DNA of 64,000 bases from Octopus sinensis. Lineage: Eukaryota. Position 1 is the stretch's first letter; each line of letters starts with the position of its first letter. The notes beneath the pieces are model-generated. The model did no database searches. It had not been told where the DNA came from and saw only the letters and a list, made by a program, of their open reading frames with translations. Below, piece by piece: positions 13,700-25,921 of this stretch. The DNA lies in assembly GCF_006345805.1 (NCBI RefSeq), contig NC_043006.1, positions 49,786,001 through 49,850,000 of the forward strand, read 5' to 3'. A program made the position numbers and the translations under genes.

Positions 13700-14790
13700 C
13701 ATATATTGCTTGGTGTAGATGTGGAGGTAGGAAACGTAGCTCGTGGAACAATTTACTTTCAACATTAGCAAGATCGGTCCACCCCCAAGTCTACTCAGAG
13801 ACGGAATAATTTTACCTGCCAGGGTAACAGCTATAGGTTAATTAGCATATCACGGAAATAAACTTCTGGAAAGTTTTACAGATTTTTACAGTTCCAGTGA
13901 TTGACATGATCTGTAGTCTTCGAATTATCTTTCTCCTTTCTGCTTTTGAGAAGCCTAATTTTCTAAGATTGGCATTTAGGCAGTGAGTTACATATTCCAG
14001 GGCTCCAATAATTACAGGTATAAACTTGAACTTGTAATCTGGATACAGTAACTACAGATTTCTCAATAGTTCAGTGTAGGTATTCTCTTTTTCACTAATC
14101 TTCAGCCTCATGTTAACATCGGCTGGGCAGCTAATTTCCACGACTGTACACAGTTTCTCTTCTCTATCCCAAATCATTATATCAGGTCTGTCGTGCTTAC
14201 ATTTTATTGAGGTCTTCATTGGTACATTCCACCAGTATTCCTTTTTATTATGAGTAGCTATGGCTTCTACCATATTGTGGGTTCTTATTTCTTTGTCCTC
14301 GGGATTATCCTTCCGACGGATTTCATTATAGAGTGTCCCAGCTACAACGTCATGTTTCATTGATAGATATAACAGTGATAACATTTTCGGAGAACTGCTT
14401 ATGATGTGGGTGATATCTTCAGTGTGAAATCCACAAAGTCTGCATCGGTTGACACATTTTACGGATTTTTCTTCATCTCTATCCCTTTTATGTATCAGGT
14501 ACTTGGTTGATATTTCCTGTTCCTGGATTGCAAACGCATACCCTTTGAAGTGGGAGGTAGGAATCCGGCTATTGGTCCATGATAGACTGCTTTGATGATC
14601 AGTGTTACTATCATCTCGTAGCTTTCTACTAACATATCCATGCATAGTCTGCTGCTCATATATGTTCGTCCTTTCATCTGAAGATACTTTTGCAGTAGAG
14701 TCGTGTGACTTCTTTGAGCATGTATTTAGGGTTATCAGATAATGTTGCTCAAAGAGCTGCCTTCCTAGTCTTATGATGTTATCAGCTCCA
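13700..14790 (-). mobile_element. R4/Dong-like non-LTR retrotransposon 3' end (restriction-like endonuclease)
   Basis: ORF 14052-14645: MHG..., FAIQEQEI, zinc knuckle CRLC...E...HI, KHDVVA, RPDI...EI...K, then IPVIIGAL after a stop. Confidence 0.85.
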
Positions 14791-14977
14791 TGTATGTATG
14801 TATGTATGTACGTTATGTATGTATGTATGTATGTATGTATGTATGTATGTATGTATGTGTGTATGTATGCATGTAAATTGATAACAGAAGGGTAAAATTT
14901 ATCAATTAAATTAATTAATTAATTAAACAATTAATAAACAATTTTGCCAAGTAGATCGGTACGTTAAAATAACCTTT

Positions 14978-15077
14978 NNNNNNNNNNNNNNNNNNNNNNN
15001 NNNNNNNNNNNNNNNNNNNNNNNNNNNNNNNNNNNNNNNNNNNNNNNNNNNNNNNNNNNNNNNNNNNNNNNNNNNNN
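14978..15077. other. Assembly gap (100 N)
   Basis: Run of exactly 100 N, typical of an unsized scaffold join. Confidence 0.97.
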
Positions 15078-15088
15078 TGGGTGTGATA

Positions 15089-15241
15089 GGCACAGGAGTG
15101 ACTGTGAGGTAAGTAGCATGCTTACCAACCACATAGTTCCGGGTCACTGCGTGACACCATGGTCAAATGTCTTCTATTATAGTTTCGGGTCGACCAAAGC
15201 CTTGTGAGTGGATTCGGTAGAAAGAACCCCATCGAGTGTGT

Positions 15242-15280
<39 letters not shown>

Positions 15281-15477
15281 TGCGTCTGTGTTTGTACTCC
15301 CAACATCACCGCTTGACACCTGATGTTTGTGTGTTTACGTCCCCGTAACTTAGCGGTTCCGCAAAGGACACCGATAGAATAAGTACTAGGCTTACAAAGG
15401 ATAAGTGCTAGGGTCGATTTGTTCGACTAAATGCGGTGCTCCAGCATGGCCGCAGTCAAATGACTGAACAAAAGAAT
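15089..15477 (+). mobile_element. SINE family A
   Basis: Head to tail with small deletions. Confidence 0.88.
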
Positions 15478-15653
15478 ATAATAATAATATATATATGTTA
15501 TATAAAAGATATATATACTGTAAATAAATAAATATATATATATATATCGTAATGTTAGAGATGTAAATGATACTTAGAGGTATATACAAACAAAACATTA
15601 TCTGGGATAGAAGACAAATAATTGGGTCGAGTGGATAAATATGTCTATTATGT

Positions 15654-15773
15654 CAAAAGTTAATAGTCTACTAGAGTTTCGGCCCGTGCTTGGCTATTCA
15701 CAAGCAGTCAGTGCGCAGTAGTTGTGAACAGCTCAGCCCGAGGCGAATCTCAGAGCAGACTGTCAATATTTTG
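15654..15773 (-). ncRNA. Degenerate hammerhead-like motif with long stem II
   Basis: Minus: TTGACAGTC/GACTATTAA stem I, CTGAGA (no N7, offset by 4 nt), GCTGTTCACAA/TTGTGAATAGC hairpin, CGAAA-CTCTAG-TA. Confidence 0.4.
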
Positions 15774-15785
15774 TTATAGCAAACA

Positions 15786-15832
<47 letters not shown>

Positions 15833-16041
15833 GTGCGCGTAATTACATATATGTGTGTGTGCGTGTGTGTGTCTGTGTGTATGCATGTATATATATAGAG
15901 AGAGAGATACACACACACATATATATAATTACGTGTGTGTATGTGTATCTATATCTATTTATCTATATGCATGCGCGTATGTGAGAGAATGTGTGTGTAG
16001 ATTATACATACGCATACAAACATATATATATACATACATAC

Positions 16042-16095
<54 letters not shown>

Positions 16096-16097
<2 letters not shown>

Positions 16098-16396
16098 AGG
16101 CGCAATGGCCCAATGGTTAGGGCAGCGGACTCGCGGTCGGAGGATCGCGGTTTCGATTCCCAGACCGGGCGATGTGTGTGTTTATTGAGCGAAAACACCT
16201 AAAGCTCCACGAGGCTCCGGCAAGGGGTGGTGATCCCTGCTGTACTCTTTCACCACTCTTTCTCTCACTCTTTCTTTTGTTGGCCTGCTCGCTTAGCCAT
16301 CTGGGTGGCGTTATTCGAAGGCTAAAACAATGCGAACGCATTGTGACCAGCGATGTGTAACAACATCTGATGGTCTGGTCGGTCACGTGATCACGT

Positions 16397-16398
<2 letters not shown>
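16096..16398 (+). mobile_element. SINE family C (tRNA-Arg-like head; possibly an octopus OR-type SINE)
   Basis: GGCGCAATGGCCCAATGGTTAGGGCAGCGGACTCGCGG...GTTTCGATTCCC head; near-identical copy at 20542. Confidence 0.85.
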
Positions 16399-16466
<68 letters not shown>

Positions 16467-16663
16467 CAAACAGATGTGCGCGCGCACAACCATACACATC
16501 TGAGAAAAATACATTTCATGTATTGGCAACAATAACGTCAATACTAAAAAAAAATTACTAGTAAGAATAGCAGGAAGGAGAAAGAAGAGTTGGAGAAAGA
16601 ACAAGATAGAGACAGAAGCAAGAGACACTGATACAAACACCATGAAACACCATATGTTAAGCT

Positions 16664-16913
16664 ATACTCTTTTACTTGTTTCAGTCATTTGACTGTGGCC
16701 ATGCAAATCCACCCCAGGACTTATTCTTTGTAAGCCTATTACTTATTCTATCGGTCTCTTTTGCCGAACCGCTAATGTATGGGGACGTAAATACACCAGC
16801 ATCGGTTGTCAAGCACAGACACACAAACATATGCACACACATACACACACACATATATATATATACATATACACACACACAGATATATATATACACACAC
16901 ATACATACATACA

Positions 16914-16947
<34 letters not shown>

Positions 16948-16948
16948 C

Positions 16949-16997
<49 letters not shown>

Positions 16998-17160
16998 GAA
17001 GGACTTCTTTTTCTTTCAGCTTCTGTCTACCAAATCCACTCACAAGGCTTTAGTCGGCCCGAGGCTATAGTAGAAGACACTTGCCCAAGGTGCCACGCAG
17101 TGGGAATGAACCCGGAACCATGTGGTTGGTAAGCAAGCTACTTACCACACAGCCATTCTT
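16664..17160 (-). mobile_element. SINE family A
   Basis: Head to tail with expanded internal microsatellite. Confidence 0.88.
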
Positions 17161-17349
17161 TCATTATGTTGTAGCTATCTTAGGAGTTATATTTGTTGTT
17201 GTTGTCGTTTATTGTTGTTGTTGTCGTTGTTTCGCCCCACAACAGTTTTAATCATCCCTTAATTATCTTATGCTTTGTGGAGCGTTTTTTTTTTAATCAC
17301 AAGGGAGCCATGAATACTCTTATCCTTTGTAAAAACAGTAATGCATTAT

Positions 17350-17675
17350 AGGAAGAAAATTTGGCTTATATCTTACCGAATGGAGCAACCTCGTAGAGGG
17401 TCCTCCCTACTATCAGTTTGCGAGAAGATCAAGCAAAGACGGCTGCGACTATCTGGTCACTACGTTCGTTACCCTTACCTCGAAGCATCCAAGCTAGTCT
17501 TGTGGAACCCACTTCATTGTGACGTGAGGAGAGGAAAACGTCGTCACACATGAACTGCGGACACTGGCCTAGAATATATTCAGGACATCGAGGCAGTGAT
17601 AATGAACCGAGAAGTGTGGTGGATGGATTTGTTGCTGCGGCCGGGTTGGAACCCAGCCATAATGATAATAGATAT
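17350..17675 (+). mobile_element. RTE-group LINE 3' end remnant
   Basis: EKIKQRRLRLSGHYVR...ASKLVLWNPLH...RRGK...DTGL...MNREVW followed by a (TGA/TAA)-like tail. Confidence 0.7.
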
Positions 17676-18189
17676 GATTGGTAATGGCAACATGTTATGT
17701 TATTGATAATGATGATGGTGACGGTAAAGGTTTGGGAGGGGTATTTTCAAGTCTGTGGTCATAACAGTGATAATGGTGGTGAACTTGTTGGTGATAGTGG
17801 TTGATGGTTTTGCTTGTGGTAGCTTTTAGTGGGGTAACATCAGTTGGGGGTCTAATTGCTCATAGTGTTTGTGTTGGACGCCACCAGCTGCTGGTGGTTA
17901 CGTTGGTGGGTCTTAGTGCCTTTCCTTATGACAGATTTAGTTATTGTGGTATTGGCGGCGGCAGCGATGAGTCTTGGTGTTAGTGTAAATGGAGATAGCG
18001 TTAGTGTTCGTATTGTTGCTCTTGTTGTTGTGGAGTACCAACTCAGTTCTGCTCCATCATTTCTATGGTACACTACAAGTAGTCGACGAAACGATGAAGC
18101 TCCACCTTCATCTTCCTAGTTATACCATGTCATTCTAGCTGAGGAGCGTATTGCACACACTGATATTTTATTTATTTATTTATTTATAT

Positions 18190-18617
18190 ATTTATGCGCC
18201 CTTTTCAAGCCTAGCCAGACTCATGGGCCCGGTTTCCTGGTTTCTGTGGGTATGTGTTCCCCCCAACTGAACGGGACACCAGTCCATCGCAGCGTTACTC
18301 AAGAAACAGGAAGAGAGAGCGAGAGAAAGTTGTGACGAAAGAGTACAACAGGTCAGAGGATCGCAGTTTCGATTCCCAGACCGGGCGTTGTATGTTTATT
18401 GAGCGAAAACACCTAAAAACTCCTCGATGCTCCGGCAGGGGGTGGTGGCGACCCCTGTTGTACTCTTTCGTCACAACTTTCTCTCGCTCTCTCTTCCTGT
18501 TTCCTGAGTAACGCTGCGATGGACTGGCGTTCCGTCCAGCTGGGGGGAACACATACGCTACGGAAGTCGGGAAACCGGGCCCATGAGCCTGGCTAGGATT
18601 GAAAAGGGCGCATAAAT
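18190..18617. mobile_element. Head-to-head fusion of two family-C-related SINEs forming ~163 bp inverted arms
   Basis: 18190-18352 is the imperfect reverse complement of 18454-18617; the spacer is family C head and body; arms contain CTGCGATGGACTGG. Confidence 0.85.
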
Positions 18618-19164
18618 GAATAGATAAATACATTCCTTATGCTTGGCTGTGTAGAAGTGATAGTATTTTAAGGATACTGTAGAGGTCTTCCAGTGCCCTC
18701 TATGAATGCATAGGCGCTTGGAGGTGATTTGGGCGTTGGCAGTAGCTAGAACTATGGCAGTTAAAGTCTTTTATACAAGAGCAAACTGTCCCTCGGAGAT
18801 GGTGTCTCACACTATTTTTATTTTGTTATGTGGTTACTGTGTGTTGATAATCAAGAAGTATTCTAATAAGGCACAGAACAGTGATGTCTGAGGAAAAATT
18901 CCACTTGGTTTGGCGAGGTGTTTCTTGATGTAAATTGTTTGTGATGTAAAGGAAGTTTAGTGGTGAATATTGCCTCTTTTGTTAAATGTATTATTTGAAA
19001 TCCATGAAGTGTTGAACACTTTGATGTCATGTCTAGTATTATTGTTCGTGAGAGTTTTCAGTGATGTTGCACGAAGATATAATGAAACGCGACGGTTGAT
19101 GAGGTATGCATACATGTATGTATGTATGTATGTATGTATGTATGTATGTATGTATGTATGTATG

Positions 19165-19261
19165 TATTCTTTTATTCTTTTATTTGTTTCACTCATTTGA
19201 CTGCGGCCATGCTAGAGCACCGCCTTTAATCGAAGGAATCGAACCCAGGACTACTCTTTGT
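19165..19261 (-). mobile_element. SINE family A tail fragment
   Basis: TCATTTGACTGCGGCCATGCTAGAGCACCGCC. Confidence 0.8.
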
Positions 19262-19976
19262 CTGCATATCGGTGTATTACCGTTTCCTATAAGTTTACGA
19301 ACGTCATATCTGAAATGTAGGTATGACTTGCACACCACTTCTCATTTATGCTATAAGGCCCCTATCTCTGTTGTGAAAGGTCTTCTCTCGTCTAATCTGA
19401 ATGTAATTTGCAGTATTGGGTTTAGATGTTCCCTGTTGAGTTTGTAAGAATCTTTTATTAATCATTGTTACGTGGAAGTCATATATGATGACAACATCAT
19501 TTACTTATATAAAAGCATTTTTGATACCGTTAATAGAGCTTTGTGGTGTAAGTTTCAAGCTGTGTATTTTTAAATGTTTTCTGTACAGACCTCCGCACGC
19601 CTTCATCAGCGTCAAACCTTTTTCTTTATTCTTAATATCTTGCTGACAATTACTTTTTCCTTCCATCCCTACTTGTTTTTCTGGGCACCAATTCAGCACA
19701 TAAGTTTTTTCTCGCTCTTAACATTCTATCTCTGGATCTTGTTACTAACATCAACCATACAGTACATTCTCACGGCTCGTACAAATCTCACCCTTTGACG
19801 TCACTTTTCAGTCCATTCGTTTATTTCAATTCTTGTGTTCAAAATATTTTGCTAACTACATTTTTCAGACGCAGAAAATCGTTAGAAATACTCTGATTCA
19901 ATTGTTTCACTTAGCTTCCTTTCTTTACTTGTCTATTTCTGTTGGATCCAGCTACAAATGTGTACATTGTTGTATA

Positions 19977-20182
19977 ATGACTCTCAAGAGATCATCAAGT
20001 CGAAATGAAGGCAGTAGTATCAAAAGGAATCATAAAAGGAATATGTATGATGTTAAAATCGCTGTTTTACATAGGTTTGATGCAGAAGAAAGAGTTACGC
20101 ATATTGTAAAAGCATTAAAGTTCTCAGCGTCTAAAGTGGAAACGATACGTGGCAATAGAAACGCAATCAGGCCATCTCATTA
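19977..20182 (+). pseudogene. Tigger/pogo-like transposase N-terminal HTH remnant
   Basis: KRNMYDVKIAVLHRFDAEERVTHIVKALKFSASKVETI resembles the psq-type HTH of Tigger transposases. Confidence 0.6.
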
Positions 20183-20249
20183 AGCAGTTACTTCGTTAAA
20201 TGCTCAGACATTGCTTTTTCAACGATCTGATATATGTCAATGTTGAATG

Positions 20250-20473
20250 GCACAAACGTGGTTCTGTGGTTAAAGGTTTGTTTCTTAATCACACAATTTC
20301 GGGTTCAATCCGCAAGGCATCTGGGACAGGTGTCTGCCACTATAAACCTCGGTTCGACCAAAACTTTGTGAGTGGATTTGGTAGACAGAAACCGAGAGAA
20401 GCCTATTGTGTGTGTGCGTGTGTATATGTGTGTGTGCGCGCGTGTATGCGTATATACATATATACATACATAG

Positions 20474-20543
<70 letters not shown>

Positions 20544-20794
20544 AGGTGCAATGGCCCAGTGGTTAGGACAGCGGAGCGGACTCGCGGTCGTAGGATCACG
20601 ATTTCGATTCCCAGACCGGGCCTTGTGAGTGTTTATTGAGCGAAAACACCTAGAGCTCCACAACTTTCTCTCACCTTTTCTTCTGTTGGCGTGCTCGCTT
20701 AGCCAGCGAGGTGGCGTCATTTGAAGGCTAAAACAATGCGAAGCGCATTGTGACCAGCGATGTGTAGCAACATTTGATAGCCTGGTCGGTCACG

Positions 20795-20826
<32 letters not shown>

Positions 20827-21030
20827 CGTATAAGTATCTGTGACTTTGTGTTTGTCTCCCAACACCGATTGGCACCCGGTGTTTCTTGTTTACATCTTAG
20901 CGGTTTGACAAAATATTCAATGGAATATGTACCAGATTTTAAAAATGTAAAAACTACTGGGATCAATTTGCTCGACTAAGGCCCTTCATGGCGGTGCCCC
21001 AATCCAAAGTGAAAAAAGTAAAGGATAAAA
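20250..21030 (+). mobile_element. Diverged SINE family A copy split by a nested family C SINE
   Basis: Degenerate head and body 20250-20410, degenerate tail 20835-21030. Confidence 0.7.
20542..20798 (+). mobile_element. SINE family C inserted in (TA)n
   Basis: Matches 16096-16398; flanked by (TA)n on both sides. Confidence 0.85.
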
Positions 21031-21095
21031 GACATGCACCACACATGCACGCACATGTCTTTCTATCTATCTATATATCTATCTATCTATCTATT

Positions 21096-21205
<110 letters not shown>

Positions 21206-21362
21206 AAATTTCAAAGAATATCTGAAACTCGACTGTGGAAAGAAACCTTATTTTCTGTGTATCGTCTATCTGGCTGTTTTGTTATCCCTTTTTTGTGTCA
21301 CCTAATTGTCTGGATGTTTTGCGTCCTTGTACCATTTTGTATATATATATATATATATATAC

Positions 21363-21418
<56 letters not shown>

Positions 21419-21882
21419 TATAGTACATATATATATACACATATATATATATATGTACACACACACAATATATATACATATATACACACACGCATATTGT
21501 GTGTATTATATATATATATATATACATGTGTGTGTGTGTGTCTAATCGCATATGTATATAAGTGCTTGTCGGTGCATGAGTTTGTGTGTATGTGTCAGAG
21601 GATATACACCTATTTGTATGTATGTATGTATGTATGTATGTATGTATGTATGTATGTGTATGCTTTTACAAGGTAATGTTTGGTAGTGACTTAGAAGTTG
21701 CTGTGAGCCTTTTTCTTGTATAAGTTAATATGCACTCTTGCGAAAAATTATTGAGACATCCTACAGTTTAATGTCAAATTATTTCGTATAACATATAACT
21801 TCACATAAAAACAGATATATGTGTGCATGTGTTTGATTGTGCATGTGTGCGTGCGTCCGCGCGCGCGTGTACATATATATAT

Positions 21883-22111
21883 ATTTCTTTACTACCCACA
21901 AGGGGCTAAACACAGAGGGGACAAACAAGGACAGACAAACGGTTTAAGTCGATTACGTCGACCCCAGTGCGTAACTGGTACTTATTTATCGACCCCGAAA
22001 GGATGAAAGGCAAAGTCGATCTCGGCGGAATTTGAACTCGGAACGTAACGACAGACGAAATACGGCTACGCATTTCGCCCGGCGTGCTAACGTTTCTGCC
22101 AGCTCGCCGCC
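21883..22111 (-). mobile_element. SINE family B, full length
   Basis: Reverse complement of the 13284-13515 unit. Confidence 0.88.
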
Positions 22112-22803
22112 GTGTACATATATATATGCATACTTAATAATCATCTCGCACAAGCAACATACTTTATCATAGAAAGCAATTTCACAGAGAACCATATAAA
22201 CATGATATGAATTCTTGTTTACAGCTAGTGTATAACAAAATATAGTGATAGCTAAACGAAAGAAGGATGGAAAAGAAAATTGTGGTGCAAACATTATGGC
22301 ACATGTATGTATACAGATATTTAATATTTTTTTTATTAATTTGTAAATAAATCTTAAAATGGAAGTCAACATTTTTATTTTATTTTCTTGAATCATCTCG
22401 TTCGTTCATACACACACACATATATATATATATATAGTGAAAGAGAAAATAAAAAGGCTGTCATTCAAATAAACACAATTAGGCTTCACACACACGCACA
22501 CACACACACACGCACGCGCACGCAGGCGCGCGCACATATGCCTGCGCTTACACTCACGCGCACACGCACACACTCGTTAAATCACATCAGTCGCTAGAAA
22601 TAAGAGTTTAAAAAATCTTAAGGCAGTAAGAGATCTTTTACTCTTATTTGTAGCAATGTAGTTGCTTCGGCACCCTTAGTCACACTTAGCGACGATTAAA
22701 TATTTCCTTTACGGTATTACATTGCGCCTAGTTGTTTATATTATTTTTTAGTATATTTATACACACACACACACACACACACACACCACACTCACATACT
22801 ACA

Positions 22804-22890
<87 letters not shown>

Positions 22891-23109
22891 AGTAGGTTGC
22901 AATATCTCACCAAAACGGAGAATTGTAATTGTCACTAAATGTGACTAGGGTGTTAAGAAACGTCTACATTGCTAGAAATAAGAGCTAAAATGCACTAATG
23001 CTGTAGTTAATGCACATGAATCAAAGCGTATGCACTAACAGGGTCCCCGTTAATGTATATGTTTTCACTCATGTGCAGCAACTACAGCATTAGAGCATTT
23101 TAGGTCTTT

Positions 23110-23143
<34 letters not shown>

Positions 23144-23160
23144 ATATATATTATATATAT

Positions 23161-23200
<40 letters not shown>

Positions 23201-23212
<12 letters not shown>

Positions 23213-23709
23213 AGAGGGATGACCACTAAGTGGACATCCAGTATGTCAGAAGTAGATCCCCTCTAGTCTTACCAATAAGAAAGGATTGTTCTCAAGAAAA
23301 TTTAGCAAACACCAAAACGAAGACTTTTGAAAGGTAAACTGTATACATGTTCAATCTCATGCGGACGTTCTGCATATAGTTCTGCAAATTATATTTTGCT
23401 ATGACGATCACACTGATGAGTTGCGGACAATTACGTGATTAATCTTTATATTTCATATTTTTTCATTTGTCTTGCTCGCTTATGTTCTATCGTTTGCTAA
23501 ATTTTCTTGAGAACAATCCTTTCTTAGTGGTAAGACCATATGGGGTCTACTTCTAGCATAATGGATGTCCACTTAGTGGTCATCCCTCTTATATGTATGT
23601 AATATAATTTTCTGAATCTTCAGATTTTTCAATATGCTAGACCACTGGCTTTAAATTGATATCAATCAAATTAATATTCAATTTTTCATCCTTATTATTC
23701 TAAATTTAA

Positions 23710-23713
<4 letters not shown>
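23201..23713 (+). repeat. Fold-back element (arms ~23205-23310 / 23492-23597) ending in the P1-ACCACT-hairpin motif
   Basis: ~105 bp inverted arms, CTGATGAG in the spacer, flanked by (TA)n. Confidence 0.8.
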
Positions 23714-23751
<38 letters not shown>

Positions 23752-24929
23752 GATATCTATATATATATATATATATAATATCAACGCTCATACTTAGTGT
23801 ATGTGCCTTAATTATCCGCCGGTGGGTTGCCGTTTATAGTGGAGGTGATAACCCCCTCAAAGGCAGGGTGTTCAAACACTAGAAATTCATAGACTGGCGA
23901 GACAACTCGTTGAAAATCGCATTCAAGAGTGATAGATATCAATATTTCGCTGTTTTTGTGGCTTATCATTACCGATGGAAGAAGGAGGACTATGTTGACA
24001 AATAAACCTCATTTGGTTATATTCCATGAGAGTATCTTCGTTAGCCTATCGACTATTCAGTGTGTGACTGTCTTCTCTCAAACGGATGCTTCAAACATTT
24101 CTCTCTTCCTCTCCACTCATGTCTTTTTTGTTTGTCGTTTGTCGCTATCACGCTTCTCCGCTGCCACCACCAACTTTGAATTACTGTTTTAGAACTCAAC
24201 ATCTTGTTCTTCATTGAAGGCTTTACCACTTTACATGTTTAATCTCTCACAATCCTTTTACTGTCAGATACGCTTTCTCTTTTTGTTTTCTGTTTTATTG
24301 TCTCTCTGTCTTCCTCTCACTCACTTATACACACGAGTGTGCGTGCACACAGCTTTTCTACAACCAATTCCTTTAACTTCCTTTCTGCCTCTTTCTTATT
24401 CTCTTACTTTGTCTCATACTTTGTGTTTTCTTTTATCCCCCTCACGTTTTGCCTTCTCTCCAAGTCTGCTTCTCAATTCCTAACTTTTACTTTCCATCTT
24501 CTCCCTTCCATTTTCATATCGTTTCTTTCTTTTTAACCTCTTTTTCTCTCTCTATTCTTCTTTCACCACTCGTTCTTTATATTATCGCTCGAATAAGGCT
24601 CTTAGTTCTCGCATTTGTGCTATCATTTGCTGCGTCTCTCATTATATTTATAATCACATTTCTTCAAGTTTTCTTTAACAAGCAGTTTCATTTTAATTTA
24701 AATGAAGTGAATCACTCACAAAGGGGAAGATTACATTGTGTTGTGTAATATGAATTTGCGCCCATCAGATTTGACAACTTAAATTAATTGAAATCAGCTG
24801 ATGTGTCATTTTGTACCAGATAACGTGTCATGCCAGTGCAGTCGCCAGCAACGGTACGGAAGTCAAGTTCAAGTTTCAAATTCAGGTTCAAATTCTAGTC
24901 AGAAACATATGTAGTCTTCTCTCAGTGAT

Positions 24930-25200
24930 CCGACGGAAAAGATGTTCCAAACAAGATCGTCCGCTGCCAAACGCAAACATGCATTAAATGTAGCAGGAAT
25001 AGAAGATTAGCAATGATGTCAAAGATTGCAAGCTGCAAAGTATGCAACTTGCAGAGGTCTTGAGACGAAGAGTGAATGTAAAGCTCGCCGCAAAAAGAAA
25101 GCGTTCATTCACATAGATTTAAAATGTGCAAATTGAGTCTTCAGATGAAGGACAAGGTCAACTTCAGCAGAATACTGTTGCTAGATATGTTGCACATAAC
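24930..25200 (+). pseudogene. Degenerate STPR-like repeats, possibly a Helitron Rep N-terminal remnant
   Basis: AKYATCRGLETKSECKARRKKKA and QIESSDEGQGQLQQNTVARY resemble RxxETxExRxxRL repeats. Confidence 0.35.
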
Positions 25201-25359
25201 GCTCACACACACACCATGAAACTTCACGGCAAGATCAAGGTAGACAAAAGGTTTATAGAACAAGACAAGCACACCCACCCACCCACACACACACGCACAC
25301 ACACACACATATACACACACATATATATATATATACATATAATATACGATAGGATGCTG

Positions 25360-25510
25360 AAATGTTATTTGCTTTAAAGGTTTCGCCAAAGGCCTGGTTT
25401 GAGGCCCAACCTTCCGAATTCTTTTACGGAGCTTAGAAAAACGGAAGGACCGCTCTACAATGAAGGTGTGTATCTGAGAGGGGAAATATGTTGAACAAAA
25501 TTATAATCAA
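25360..25510 (+). pseudogene. mariner transposase C-terminal remnant
   Basis: AKAWFEAQPSEFF followed by frameshifted CVYLRGKYVE. Confidence 0.6.
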
Positions 25511-25539
25511 CTGATCCGCCTGCATTATCTTTAACCCTC

Positions 25540-25576
<37 letters not shown>

Positions 25577-25580
<4 letters not shown>

Positions 25581-25912
25581 CGCTATGGCTATAGCTTCGG
25601 GATGACCTCGAGAGCAGATTTTGTAGACGAAAACTGAAAGAAGCCCATCGCATACATATATATGTATATATATCTATGTGTGTGCCTCTGTGCCTGTATT
25701 TGTCCCCTCACCCCACCCCATTAACAGCTTGACTACTGACTTTGGTACATTTACGTTCCCGTAATCTAGCGGCTCGGCAAAACAGATCCATAGAATAAGT
25801 ACTAGGCTTAAGAAATAAGCCTTGGGGCGATTTGTTCGACTAAAACCCTTCAAGGTTGTGCTCCAGCATGGCCGTAGTCAAATGACTGAAACAAGAATAA
25901 AGGAAAAGAATA
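25577..25912 (+). mobile_element. SINE family A with deleted head
   Basis: Body and tail match. Confidence 0.8.
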
Positions 25913-25921
25913 CACACACAC

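Noticed and set aside
16096-16170. tRNA-Arg-like sequence (also at 20542, and the heads of families A and B)
   Set aside because: Lacks a proper acceptor stem and continues into SINE body; SINE head, not a tRNA gene.
17680-18119. Val/Gly-rich and Thr-rich ORFs
   Set aside because: They derive from degenerate (GGT/GAT/GTT) trinucleotide sequence after an RTE tail.
23405-23445. CTGATGAG with flanking GATCAC/GTGATT
   Set aside because: No GAAA or stem III, so not called a ribozyme; at most a deleted remnant.
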